A stretch of DNA of 61,892 nt from an uncultured Candidatus Saccharibacteria bacterium (GTDB lineage: Bacteria > Patescibacteriota > UBA1384 > DTJR01), in assembly GCA_964580065.1 (NCBI GenBank), contig CAZOJE010000004.1, positions 1-61,892 on the forward strand, written 5' to 3'. Positions 35,259-44,770 of this stretch are shown piece by piece (the stretch's first letter is position 1; the number at the start of each line of letters is the position of its first letter). The translations under genes and the position numbers were made by a program. The notes under the pieces are model-generated. The model did not search any database. It worked only from the letters and a program-made list of their open reading frames with translations, and was not told the origin of the DNA.

Positions 35259-36540
35259 TTTGAATAAATCCTTTTAATTGCTCCGCGATGAAATTCAGTT
35301 CTTTTTTGGTTAGACCCGGCCAAATTCCCACCCAAAAAGAGTCATTCATTACCCTGTCAGTGTTTGATAATTTGCCAATAATTCTGTGTTTGAATTTTCC
35401 GTTAACAAAGTATGGCTGCTTGGTAATATTGCCAGCAAAAAGAAGCCGCGTGCCGACACCCTTTTCTTGTAAGAATTTTAAAAGCTTTGTTCGGTCAATG
35501 CGTCCGTCGCGAATCGTCAAAAGGTAACCAAACCACGAGGGTTGCGATTTGACCGTCGGCTCGGGTAAAATAAAGTAATTTTCTAGTGATTTCAGCTTGG
35601 CTGTGAGATAATTAAAGTTTGCAATTCTCTTAGCAATAAATTGATCGAGTTTTTTAAGTTGGGCCACGCCGATTGCCGCATGCAAATCACTCATTTTCAG
35701 GTTATAGCCCATTTCACCGTAAATATATTTATGATCATAGCCCGCCGGCAAATCGCCCAGCTGCCAATTAAACCGATTTTTGCAAGTGTTATCTTGACCG
35801 GTCGAACACCAGCAATGCCGCCCCCAATCTCGAATCGAGCGAATGATTTTGGCTAGCGCAGGATTATTAGTTAAAACGGCGCCCCCTTCCGCTGTTGTGA
35901 GATGATGAGCCGGATAAAAAGACAAAGTCGCAACATCGCCAAAGGTTCCGGTCAGCTGGCCGTCGTAGCGGCTGCCAAGACCATCGCAATTGTCTTCGAT
36001 CAGCCAAAGATTGTTTTTTTGACAAATCGCTTTGATTTTCGCCAACTCATAAGGATTTCCCAAAGTGTGTGCCACCATGATTGCTCGGGTTTTGGCACTA
36101 ATTGCTCGCTCGATTTTTTCCGCGTCAATATTGTAAGTCGGAATTTCAATATCAACAAAAACCGGAATGCAGCCGTTTTGAATAATGGCGTTAATGGTCG
36201 TCGGAAAGCCAGCCGCGACTGTAATTACTTCGCTGCCACGGCTGATTTGTCGATCGCCAAGCGAAGGGGAACAAAGGGCGCTAAAAGCCAATAAATTAGC
36301 CGAAGAGCCCGAATTACAGCTCAACGCATATTTGACCGATAAAAACTGGCGTAAACCTTCTTCAAACTCTGCCGTCCATTTTCCTTCGGTCCACCAGCCC
36401 TCCAGCGAGGCCTCAATCAAATTTTTCAGTTCATTTTGGTCGAAAACCTTGCCTGAAGGCGGAACGAGTTTTCTTGTTTTTGTTTTTTGTTGGTGTTCTT
36501 TCGCCGCCGCTTTCGCCAGCTGATTAATGAGTTTTTTCAT
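35245..36540 (-). CDS. rfbH: CDP-6-deoxy-4-keto-hexose 3-dehydrase (RfbH/E1, DegT-family PMP enzyme)
   Basis: The 431-aa length and the N-terminal SGKVFDQNELKNLIEASLEGWWTEGKW are typical of RfbH/DdhC. It is adjacent to rfbG and rfbF. Confidence 0.8.
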   Translation of the reverse strand: MKKLINQLAKAAAKEHQQKTKTRKLVPPSGKVFDQNELKNLIEASLEGWWTEGKWTAEFEEGLRQFLSVKYALSCNSGSSANLLAFSALCSPSLGDRQISRGSEVITVAAGFPTTINAIIQNGCIPVFVDIEIPTYNIDAEKIERAISAKTRAIMVAHTLGNPYELAKIKAICQKNNLWLIEDNCDGLGSRYDGQLTGTFGDVATLSFYPAHHLTTAEGGAVLTNNPALAKIIRSIRDWGRHCWCSTGQDNTCKNRFNWQLGDLPAGYDHKYIYGEMGYNLKMSDLHAAIGVAQLKKLDQFIAKRIANFNYLTAKLKSLENYFILPEPTVKSQPSWFGYLLTIRDGRIDRTKLLKFLQEKGVGTRLLFAGNITKQPYFVNGKFKHRIIGKLSNTDRVMNDSFWVGIWPGLTKKELNFIAEQLKGFIQNEGL

Positions 36541-37607
36541 CGAAAATACCTTTTTATTTGTTTGACTGAAAAATCAACCATATCCCGATGAGCATAAAAA
36601 TTCTCATACCATTGGGCTGTATCCCGAATCGCTTGGTCAACTGTCAATTTTGGACAGTAGCCTAGTTTGGCCTTGGCTTTTTTATTGGAAAGTTTGAGAT
36701 TGGTCGCCTCGTGCATTTTTTTATCTTCATCAACTAAAAATTCGCCCAAACCGACTTGACTGATAAATTTTTCAACGATTTTTTCAACTTCAAGCATATC
36801 TTTTTTTTCAGGGGCGAAATTCCAAGCCCCAACGGCCTTCGGGTCTTGCTCGAACAACTTCATGCCCAAGAGCAAGTATCCCCCAAGCGGTTCAAAAACA
36901 TGTTGCCATGGCCTAATTGATTTCGGAGCGCGAATAACTAAAGGTCGGCGTTGCTCAAAAATCGCCCTAACCGCGTCGGGAATTAATCGATCCTTGGCCC
37001 AATCCCCCCCACCAATAACATTACCCGATCGAGCCGAAGCGACAAAACAATTTTGCGGCGTTAAAAAAGATTTAATGTAGCAGCTGCAACTCAAATCAGC
37101 ACACGCTTTTGAAGAAGAATAAGGATCGTAGCCGCCTAATTTATCGGTTTCGCTATAAAATTTTCCCTTGTCCTCAACATTTTCGTAAACTTTGTCGGTC
37201 GTAATAATCACCCCCGCTCTAACAGATTCCAGACGCATCGCTTCAAGGACGTTAATCGTGCCAATTACGTTAGTTTGATACGTATAAACCGGATCGCTGT
37301 ACGATTCGCGAACCAAAGGTTGGGCCGCTAGATGAAAAATAATGTCCGGTTTGGTTTTGGCCACCACTTGGCGAAATTTTTTTAAATTTCTAATATCGCC
37401 AGTGATCGAATTCATTTTTTTAGTCAATCCTAAAATTTTAAACAAAGATGGCTCGGTTGGCGGCTTTAAGGCATAGCCGGTTACTTTGGCACCGGCTAAA
37501 AGCAAAATTTGGGTCAGCCAAGCCCCTTTAAAACCCGTGTGGCCGGTAACTAAAACCGACTTGCCGCCATAAGCTTTTTTTAACTGTTTGAGGGAAATAT
37601 TTACCAT
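36537..37607 (-). CDS. rfbG: CDP-glucose 4,6-dehydratase
   Basis: It contains VLVTGHTGFKGAWL, the YSSSKA catalytic motif, and has the typical length of about 356 aa. Confidence 0.85.
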   Translation of the reverse strand: MVNISLKQLKKAYGGKSVLVTGHTGFKGAWLTQILLLAGAKVTGYALKPPTEPSLFKILGLTKKMNSITGDIRNLKKFRQVVAKTKPDIIFHLAAQPLVRESYSDPVYTYQTNVIGTINVLEAMRLESVRAGVIITTDKVYENVEDKGKFYSETDKLGGYDPYSSSKACADLSCSCYIKSFLTPQNCFVASARSGNVIGGGDWAKDRLIPDAVRAIFEQRRPLVIRAPKSIRPWQHVFEPLGGYLLLGMKLFEQDPKAVGAWNFAPEKKDMLEVEKIVEKFISQVGLGEFLVDEDKKMHEATNLKLSNKKAKAKLGYCPKLTVDQAIRDTAQWYENFYAHRDMVDFSVKQIKRYFR

Positions 37608-38431
37608 CTTAAATTATCTTTTTTCGGCTCAATCTTTTCTTTGCTTACCGGTTTTTTGTCCCGTGAGCTGTCCCAAACTTTCCAAGGTGATTCGTTCGCC
37701 CAAAGCTCTTCAAGATCTTTTTTGTCTTTTAAACTGTCCATCGCTTTCCAAAAACCATCATGAATAAAGGCCGATAATTTGCCGTCGCGCGCCAAATTAG
37801 TCAAGGGCTCCTGCTCAAAATAAACCATGTCGCCTTCAATGTAATCAAAAACCTCCGGTTCGAGAACAAAAAAGCCGCCATTGATGCGCTCCTTATTGTC
37901 CTTTTTTTCCTTGAAAGAAATAACTTTGTGACCGTCAGTATCGATCGCCCCAAATCGGCCCTCCGGAATGATAGAGGTCATTGTAGCAACGTTGTGATTT
38001 TTTTGGTGAAAATCCACTAAAGCCGATATATCGAGGTCGCTCACGCCATCGCCATAAGTGGCCATGAAGGTCTCGTTGCCAATATAGTCCTTGACGCGCT
38101 TAATTCTTCCTCCGGTCAAGGTTTCCTCGCCGGTGTCCACCAGCGTTACCTTCCACGGATCAACCGAATTTCGATGGTATTCGATCTCATTCTTTGCCAA
38201 ATCAAAAGTTACGTCGCTTTGATGCAGACAATAGTGGCTAAACCATTCCTTGATGTAGTAACCCTTATAACCCAAACAAATGATGAAATCATTAAACCCA
38301 TAATGAGAATAAATCTTCATAATGTGCCACAAGATAGGCAAACCGCCGATCTCCACCATCGGTTTTGGTTTGATTGCGGTTTCTTCGCTTAACCGAGTGC
38401 CAAGCCCTCCGGCTAAAATAATTGTTTTCAT
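37601..38431 (-). CDS. rfbF: Glucose-1-phosphate cytidylyltransferase
   Basis: It contains MKTIILAGGLGTRLSEET..KPKPMVEIGG.PILWHIMK, and the FWKAMD region is characteristic of RfbF. Confidence 0.9.
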   Translation of the reverse strand: MKTIILAGGLGTRLSEETAIKPKPMVEIGGLPILWHIMKIYSHYGFNDFIICLGYKGYYIKEWFSHYCLHQSDVTFDLAKNEIEYHRNSVDPWKVTLVDTGEETLTGGRIKRVKDYIGNETFMATYGDGVSDLDISALVDFHQKNHNVATMTSIIPEGRFGAIDTDGHKVISFKEKKDNKERINGGFFVLEPEVFDYIEGDMVYFEQEPLTNLARDGKLSAFIHDGFWKAMDSLKDKKDLEELWANESPWKVWDSSRDKKPVSKEKIEPKKDNLRW

Positions 38432-39765
38432 TTGTCGCAGTTTAGATTTAGCCCATAGTATGTTGATACTTCTTTCACAACCGTTTTGTCAACGTCGTTA
38501 GGATAGGATTCAAGGGAGCGGCAAGGATTAATTTTATAGGATTCGTTAACATAAACGGCCAAACCGTGTTTAAATTTCATTCCTTGGAGCGCAAATATAG
38601 TCAGCACACTTAAAGTGACAAAGACCACTTTAGCAATTTTGTGCTTACCATAAACTCGCAAAAATTCCGCCAGTCCAAGAGCCGCCAAACAATATAAGCC
38701 GATCAAGCTGACTAAGTGGTTCCTGTCTCGAAAAAGCATGAAATTAGCCGCCGAACCGCCAATTATTAGAACGAGACAAATCAGAGCCGGAATTTTCTTT
38801 TTCCAAAAGGCCAAGGCAACAGAAAAATCTATCAGCAAAAAATATATGGCAAAAGCGATTGGCTTAATTTTAAATTCAAAATCCATCAGCGAGCCAATTG
38901 AATTAAAAAGAAACGGCAAAAAAACGCTGACGAAAGAAGCGGCGGCGTTATAAAGATATTGGCCTAACTTGGCGGGGAGCGATAACTGGTTATAGCACAC
39001 TAGCGAGGCACTTTTAAAATAGCCCATATCTTCGCAAAAAACGGCTGATTGATTGGCCCCGCCACCCAACAAATATCTTAAGAAAAAATAAATTATCACC
39101 GACAGAAAGACCAAAAGGGGATAGCGAAGTTTTTTAGTTTTTAAATAAACAATTATCGCAACGGGGATCAGAAAGGCCAAGCCGTATTCTTTGGCCAATA
39201 TCGACAGCAAAAGAAAAAAATTGAGCCACAAAATCGTCTTGAAATCTATTTTTTTGGCATAAACGGCAATAGCCATACCGATGAGGCCAAATAGAATGCA
39301 AAGTGTGCTTTGCCTTTCCCCAATCCAAACCAGCGACGACAAAGCGCGCGGGTCTAGCAACAAAGCCAAGGCCGCGATCGTGGCTGCCGAGCGCGATCGC
39401 GATAATTTAACGACAATAAAATAAAAAATTATGGCGACCAATATCCAAATGGCCAAATTAACCAAAAAATATCCTTCGAGATGTCCAAGACCGCTTAGCT
39501 GGTATTGAATATAGAGCGCCAGCTTTGACACCGGCCGATAGGCCGGCAAATAGCTGGTTAGTCCACCGGTGAAAATGTCTGAAGCGGGAGATTTGGCTAA
39601 AGTGAGAGCAATTAAATTATCAGGATCAAACGGCCGATTTTTCGCCACCGGAAAAAGAAAATAAAAGCCAAAAATTACAATAAGAAAAACTGCGGGTAAA
39701 TGCCGCCCGATCTCACCTTTAAGTTTAGCGCCCAATGCCCTTATAGACAATGCCAGTTCCCTCAA
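38428..39765 (-). CDS. Polytopic membrane protein, GT-C-like glycosyltransferase candidate
   Basis: The 445-aa protein has more than 10 TM helices and sits in the glycan cluster. It overlaps the upstream dehydrogenase gene by 41 nt. Confidence 0.6.
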   Translation of the reverse strand: MRELALSIRALGAKLKGEIGRHLPAVFLIVIFGFYFLFPVAKNRPFDPDNLIALTLAKSPASDIFTGGLTSYLPAYRPVSKLALYIQYQLSGLGHLEGYFLVNLAIWILVAIIFYFIVVKLSRSRSAATIAALALLLDPRALSSLVWIGERQSTLCILFGLIGMAIAVYAKKIDFKTILWLNFFLLLSILAKEYGLAFLIPVAIIVYLKTKKLRYPLLVFLSVIIYFFLRYLLGGGANQSAVFCEDMGYFKSASLVCYNQLSLPAKLGQYLYNAAASFVSVFLPFLFNSIGSLMDFEFKIKPIAFAIYFLLIDFSVALAFWKKKIPALICLVLIIGGSAANFMLFRDRNHLVSLIGLYCLAALGLAEFLRVYGKHKIAKVVFVTLSVLTIFALQGMKFKHGLAVYVNESYKINPCRSLESYPNDVDKTVVKEVSTYYGLNLNCDK

Positions 39766-41002
39766 ATATTTTTTTGTTTAGACAATTTCGTCCATCTACC
39801 ACAACCTTCACTTTATTTTCCACCAGTTTCTTGGGAGTGATTTTCTTGAATTCATCGTGGCTGGTGGCAATCAAAATCGCTTTGGCACCTTTTAGAGCCG
39901 CTTCCAGATTAGTCACGTCACTTAAATGCTTAACGTGCGGATCATAAGCGACTACTCTAGCGCCAACCTTTTTCAACTGTTTGATAATTTTAAACGAGGG
40001 GCTTTCACGACAGTCATCAATGTTTTGTTTATAGGATAAACCAAGAACCGCTACCTTAGCACCATTAATCGCGGCCTTTTGCTGATTCAGCCCTTCAATA
40101 ACCATATCAACGGTAAATTTTGGCATGTGATTATTGATCCGACGGGCCAAAGAGAGAAAATCGTGGTCAAAATCCGATTTTTTGGCGTATTCAATCAAGT
40201 AATAAGGATCAACCGGAATACAGTGGCCGCCAACCCCACAGCCCGGGTAATGGGGCATGAACGAAAACGGCTTAGTCGCCGCGCCGTCAATGACATTGAC
40301 AACGTCAATACCCAACGAGTGAAATGACCGAGCTAACTCATTGACGAAAGCAATATTGACGTCGCGAAAAGAATTTTCAACCACCTTAACCGCCTCCGCT
40401 TCTTTAAGTGAGGCCATTTCCTTGACTGTTCCAGTTAAAATTGCGCGGTAAAAATCAGCAGCCAATTTCAAGGATTTTTTGTCTGGCGCGCCAACAACAC
40501 GATTTATATTTTCCACATTCCACTTGGCGTCGCCCGGGTTGATTCTTTCCGGACAATGGGCAAAATAAAAATCTTTTGATACTTGCATCGAGGAAATTTC
40601 TTCTATGATCGGTATAACGACTTCTTCGGAAACACCCGGGTTGACAGTTGATTCCAAAATGACTAGTTGACCTTTTTTAAGATATTCAGCTACTTTTTCG
40701 CTCGACGACTTAACCGGTTCTAAATTCGGTAAATTATTGCTGTAAACCGGCGTGGGGACGCAAATCACGACAATGTCACATTCCGACACTTTTTCAAAAC
40801 TTGTGCTTGAGGGAATGGGAAATTTGGCCAAATACTTTTGGCACATTTCATCTTCAAAAGGCGAAATATTTTTATTGATGAGATCGACTTTTTTTTGATC
40901 TTTATCAATGCCAACAACAGAGAAACCCTTGCGCTTTGCCAATAGCGCCAACGGAAGACCGACATAGCCCAGCCCAACAATGGCTACTTTATTTTTTTTC
41001 AT
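39725..41002 (-). CDS. Nucleotide-sugar dehydrogenase (UDP-glucose/GDP-mannose dehydrogenase family)
   Basis: It contains VAIVGLGYVGLPLA and the catalytic-Cys region GVGGHCIPVDP, with the family's three-domain length. Confidence 0.85.
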   Translation of the reverse strand: MKKNKVAIVGLGYVGLPLALLAKRKGFSVVGIDKDQKKVDLINKNISPFEDEMCQKYLAKFPIPSSTSFEKVSECDIVVICVPTPVYSNNLPNLEPVKSSSEKVAEYLKKGQLVILESTVNPGVSEEVVIPIIEEISSMQVSKDFYFAHCPERINPGDAKWNVENINRVVGAPDKKSLKLAADFYRAILTGTVKEMASLKEAEAVKVVENSFRDVNIAFVNELARSFHSLGIDVVNVIDGAATKPFSFMPHYPGCGVGGHCIPVDPYYLIEYAKKSDFDHDFLSLARRINNHMPKFTVDMVIEGLNQQKAAINGAKVAVLGLSYKQNIDDCRESPSFKIIKQLKKVGARVVAYDPHVKHLSDVTNLEAALKGAKAILIATSHDEFKKITPKKLVENKVKVVVDGRNCLNKKIFEGTGIVYKGIGR

Positions 41003-41180
41003 TTTAACCTCTTTTTTTATTAAACTTCAAAAACAAAACTTTTGGTTTTACCCAATAATTTAATCGAGAAAAAAGCATTAGTCAAATACGGCGCCTTAAG
41101 ATAACCCTGTAAAGTTGAAAGTCGCGTCTGTTTGAGATAATTTAATGCTGTCATTAATAATAATCTAAATTGGAGCAAAT

Positions 41181-41903
41181 ATGAAAGGAATTATTTTAGC
41201 CGGGGGCAAGGCCACCCGCCTGCGTCCCCTCACCAAAATCACCTCCAAACAGCTCCTGCCGGTTTATAATAAGCCGATGATTTTTTATCCTATCGAAACC
41301 CTCATCAAGGCCGGCATTAAAGACATTTTAATTATCATCGCCCCCGATTACGCCGGACAATTTTTGAATTTGTTGGGTTCGGGGAAAGATTTTGGCGCCC
41401 GTTTTAGTTACGAAATCCAAGACGAACCGCGCGGGCTGGCCGACGCTTTCATTATCGGCAAAAATTTCATCGGCAAAGACAATGTAACGATGATTTTAGG
41501 CGACAACATTTTTATCGGCCACGATTTTTCCGCCCAAATCAAGGCCTTCGAAAGCGGGGCGATGATTTTCTCCAAGCAAGTGCCCGATCCGGAAAGATAT
41601 GGCGTAGCCGAATTTGACGACAAAATGAATGTCATTTCACTCGAAGAAAAACCGGCCAAACCCAAGAGTAATTACGCGGTCGTCGGATTATATACTTACG
41701 ACAACCAAGTGATTAATTTTGCCCAAAATCTCAAACCGTCGGAGCGAGGCGAAATTGAAATCACCGATATCAATAAGATTTATCTTGAGAAAAAACAGCT
41801 GAAGGTGAATATAATTGACGGCGTGTGGGAAGACGCCGGTACTTTTGACAGTCTCTTGCGAATCCAAAACATTGTCGCCGAAAAAGTTAAAAGCGAGGGG
41901 TGA
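41181..41903 (+). CDS. rmlA: Glucose-1-phosphate thymidylyltransferase (short form)
   Basis: It contains MKGIILAGGKATRLRPLT...KQLLPVYNKPMIFYPI and is the first gene of the rmlACBD run. Confidence 0.85.
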   Translation: MKGIILAGGKATRLRPLTKITSKQLLPVYNKPMIFYPIETLIKAGIKDILIIIAPDYAGQFLNLLGSGKDFGARFSYEIQDEPRGLADAFIIGKNFIGKDNVTMILGDNIFIGHDFSAQIKAFESGAMIFSKQVPDPERYGVAEFDDKMNVISLEEKPAKPKSNYAVVGLYTYDNQVINFAQNLKPSERGEIEITDINKIYLEKKQLKVNIIDGVWEDAGTFDSLLRIQNIVAEKVKSEG

Positions 41904-41911
41904 GAATAAAT

Positions 41912-42460
41912 ATGAAACTTAAAAAAACAAAATTTGACGGCGTTTATATTATCAGTCCGGAGGTTTTTGGTGATGCGCGCGGCTGGTTTTATGAGTCTTA
42001 CAACGAAAAAGCCCTGCGAGAGGCAGGAATAAAAACCCGCTTTGTTCAAGATAATCATTCTTTCAACAGTCAAAAAAACACCTTGCGCGGTTTGCACTTT
42101 CAAAATACTCCTCATTCCCAAGCCAAATTAGTCCGTTGCACCGCCGGTGCTATCAAGGACGTGATTGTTGATTTACGAGAAAGCTCACCAACTTACAAAC
42201 AATGGCTGGCGGTTGAACTTTCGCCCGAAAACCATTGGCAAATGTATATTCCCAAAGGTTTTGCCCACGGTTATTTAACCCTTGCGCCAAAAAGCGAATT
42301 TCAATATAAAGTTGACGAATTTTATTGTCGTGAAAGTGACCGTTCGATTCGTTTTGACGATCCGGAAATAGGCATCGATTGGGGTTGCCGGAACCCAATT
42401 GTTTCCCAAAAAGACAAAATAGCGCCGCTTTTGCGCGACAGCGACGTAAATTTTAAATAA
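41912..42460 (+). CDS. rmlC: dTDP-4-dehydrorhamnose 3,5-epimerase
   Basis: The ATG at 41912 is preferred because the ORF-track GTG at 41900 overlaps the rmlA stop. It contains FGDARGWFYESY...LRGLHFQ...KLVRC..G.I.DV.VDLR. Confidence 0.9.
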   Translation: MKLKKTKFDGVYIISPEVFGDARGWFYESYNEKALREAGIKTRFVQDNHSFNSQKNTLRGLHFQNTPHSQAKLVRCTAGAIKDVIVDLRESSPTYKQWLAVELSPENHWQMYIPKGFAHGYLTLAPKSEFQYKVDEFYCRESDRSIRFDDPEIGIDWGCRNPIVSQKDKIAPLLRDSDVNFK

Positions 42461-42472
42461 AAAGGGGTTTTT

Positions 42473-43495
42473 ATGAAAATACTTGTGACCGGCGGCGCCG
42501 GCTTCATCGGTTCAAATTTCATTCTCTACATGCTCGAAAAATATCCCGATTACGAAATCGTCAATTTAGATAAATTAACTTACGCCGGTAATTTAGACAA
42601 TCTGACAAGCGTGGCAAAAAATCCCCGTTATAAATTTATCAAAGGGGATATTTGCAATTCGGCTGACGTAGAAAAAGCCATTGCTGGCACAGATATGGTA
42701 GTTCATTTTGCCGCTGAAAGTCACGTTGACCGTTCCATCAGCGGTCCGGCCGTTTTTGTGCAAACTAATGTCATTGGCACTCAAGTCCTCCTCGACGCCG
42801 CTCGAAAACATCAGGTTAAACGCTTCCACCACATTTCAACCGATGAAGTTTTTGGCACTTTACCTCTCGACCAGCCGGAAATAAAATTTAATGAATCAAC
42901 GCCCTATTCGCCCCGCTCGCCTTATTCGGCCTCCAAAGCTGGCTCCGACCATCTTGTGCGCGCCTATTTTGCCACCTACGGTTTGCCCGTTACAATTTCC
43001 AACTGCACCAATAATTACGGTCCGCGTCAGTTTCCCGAAAAAATCATTCCTCTGTTCATCACCAACGCCATGAAGGACAAAAACTTGCCGATTTATGGCC
43101 GCGGCCAAGCCGTGCGCGATTATCTCGAAGTCAGCGATCACTGCCGCGGAATCGATTTAATTTTGCACAAGGGTAAATCCGGCGAAACCTATTGCCTGGG
43201 TGGCGACGCCGAAAGAAACGGTCTTGATATTGCCGATGCCGTTTTGGACGCTTTAAACAAACCCCAAGAATTAAAAATTTTTGTTGAAGATCGTCAAGGC
43301 CACGATATGCGTTACAGTATGGATCACAGTAAAATCACCCGCGAGCTCGGCTGGAAGCCGTCGGTTAGCTTTGAAGAAGGCATTGCTAAAACCGTTCAAT
43401 GGTATCGCGATAATCAAGATTGGCTAAAGAAAATCGTTTCTAAAGAATATCTCGACGCCTCTAGGGCACGCCAAAACAAAAGTTCTCATGAATAA
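42473..43495 (+). CDS. rmlB: dTDP-glucose 4,6-dehydratase
   Basis: It contains MKILVTGGAGFIGSNF...ISTDEV.G...YSASKA. Confidence 0.9.
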   Translation: MKILVTGGAGFIGSNFILYMLEKYPDYEIVNLDKLTYAGNLDNLTSVAKNPRYKFIKGDICNSADVEKAIAGTDMVVHFAAESHVDRSISGPAVFVQTNVIGTQVLLDAARKHQVKRFHHISTDEVFGTLPLDQPEIKFNESTPYSPRSPYSASKAGSDHLVRAYFATYGLPVTISNCTNNYGPRQFPEKIIPLFITNAMKDKNLPIYGRGQAVRDYLEVSDHCRGIDLILHKGKSGETYCLGGDAERNGLDIADAVLDALNKPQELKIFVEDRQGHDMRYSMDHSKITRELGWKPSVSFEEGIAKTVQWYRDNQDWLKKIVSKEYLDASRARQNKSSHE

Positions 43496-44351
43496 GCAAA
43501 AGATTTTAATTACCGGCGCCAAGGGAATGCTGGGGCAAATGCTGGCCGAGGTGCTTTCCGGCTATGAATTGGTTTTAACCGACAGGGAAGAAATGGATAT
43601 TACTGACGCTAAAAGTGTTAGAGATTTTATTATTAAAGCCAAGCCCGATTTTGTTATCCACGCCGCCGCCTACACGGCGGTTGACAAAGCCGAAGACGAG
43701 CCGGCGAATTGCCGTCTCATCAACGTAACCGGCACCGCCAATGTTGCCCAAGCGGCCGACAAAATCGGCGCGACAATGTTTTATATTTCGACCGATTATG
43801 TTTTTGACGGTCAAAAAAAATCTCCTTATACTGAAGCCGATCTTCCCCGCCCTCTTTCGGTTTACGGACAATCCAAATTAGACGGCGAGCAAGCCGCTCG
43901 GAAATTTTGTCAGCGTCATTACATTTTGCGCACCGCTTGGCTTTTTGGCGAAATTCCTCACCGCCAAAGCGCCAATTTTGTTGAAAAAATGCTCTCACTA
44001 GCCAAAGAGAAAAAAACGCTTCGCGTGGTGGCCGATCAAATTGGTTCGCCAACTTACACGCGAGATCTAGCTCAAGCAATCGCCTGTTTTATTAAACAAA
44101 AACCACCCGCCGCGTACGGAATTTATCATTTTTCCGGCAAAAATAAGGTTAGCTGGCATGATTTTGCCAAAGAAATTTTTCGTCAGACAAAAACGCAAGT
44201 TGAATTGCAGCCGATCAAAACGGCTGACTTCGCCGCTAAAGCCGCGCGACCCGCTCATAGTTACATGTCTAAAGAAAAGGTGGAAAAAGCTCTCAAAATC
44301 CAAGTCAGACGCTGGCAGGAGATGCTGGCCGACTATTTGCGCCGGCGCTAA
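43488..44351 (+). CDS. rmlD: dTDP-4-dehydrorhamnose reductase
   Basis: It contains ILITGAKGMLGQ...YISTDYVFDG...YGQSKL and overlaps the rmlB stop. Confidence 0.9.
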   Translation: MNKQKILITGAKGMLGQMLAEVLSGYELVLTDREEMDITDAKSVRDFIIKAKPDFVIHAAAYTAVDKAEDEPANCRLINVTGTANVAQAADKIGATMFYISTDYVFDGQKKSPYTEADLPRPLSVYGQSKLDGEQAARKFCQRHYILRTAWLFGEIPHRQSANFVEKMLSLAKEKKTLRVVADQIGSPTYTRDLAQAIACFIKQKPPAAYGIYHFSGKNKVSWHDFAKEIFRQTKTQVELQPIKTADFAAKAARPAHSYMSKEKVEKALKIQVRRWQEMLADYLRRR

Positions 44352-44396
44352 CGCCGGACAGGCGGGCGTCCATAAAAATACGGTTTACTAAGCGAG

Positions 44397-44425
44397 TTGA
44401 CTTATAATTCTAAATTTGGTCTAAT
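44397..44425 (+). promoter_or_regulatory. Candidate promoter for the small GC-rich gene
   Basis: It reads TTGACT (44397-44402), a 17-nt spacer, then TCTAAT (44420-44425). An overlapping TATAAT at 44403-44408 is an alternative -10 element. Confidence 0.35.
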
Positions 44426-44480
44426 GATCTGATCCCTTTAAGGGAAGCTCCTAAAAACAGTCCAAGGAAGGATAATCGCC

Positions 44481-44753
44481 ATGGCAAACAAGGCAAACAG
44501 GGGTGCCGTGACGTATCACGTCTTGAAGGTGACGTTCGCCGGCGTAACGTTGCCAGTCCGATCCGGTACGGTTGTCATCCGACCGGACAGCACTGTCGTC
44601 TTCAACCTGCACGGGCGGACGGGCGGAGGCTTTGCCAGAGTCACGAACTGGCGTCTTGTCGACGGGCAGATGCCAGCACCTAACGGCCAGCTGGAACTGC
44701 AAGGTGACGGGGGCGCCTTGTGCACCGTCCTGCTGGGTGCCAGGGTCAACTAG
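44481..44753 (+). CDS. Small (90 aa) GC-rich, beta-rich hypothetical protein
   Basis: The SD aaggaagg lies about 9 nt upstream of the ATG. A perfect hairpin follows the stop. AT-rich host genes flank it on both sides. Confidence 0.5.
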   Translation: MANKANRGAVTYHVLKVTFAGVTLPVRSGTVVIRPDSTVVFNLHGRTGGGFARVTNWRLVDGQMPAPNGQLELQGDGGALCTVLLGARVN

Positions 44754-44770
44754 CCCTCACAAGAGCTTTC

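Noticed and set aside
17761-41903. Alternative genetic code (UGA = Gly, as in some candidate phyla).
   Set aside because: TGA terminates well-conserved genes at the expected lengths (for example the GT2 gene at 17762-17764, rmlA at 41901-41903 and rpmH at 60160-60162). Several are ATGA stop/start overlaps. Standard code 11 fits.
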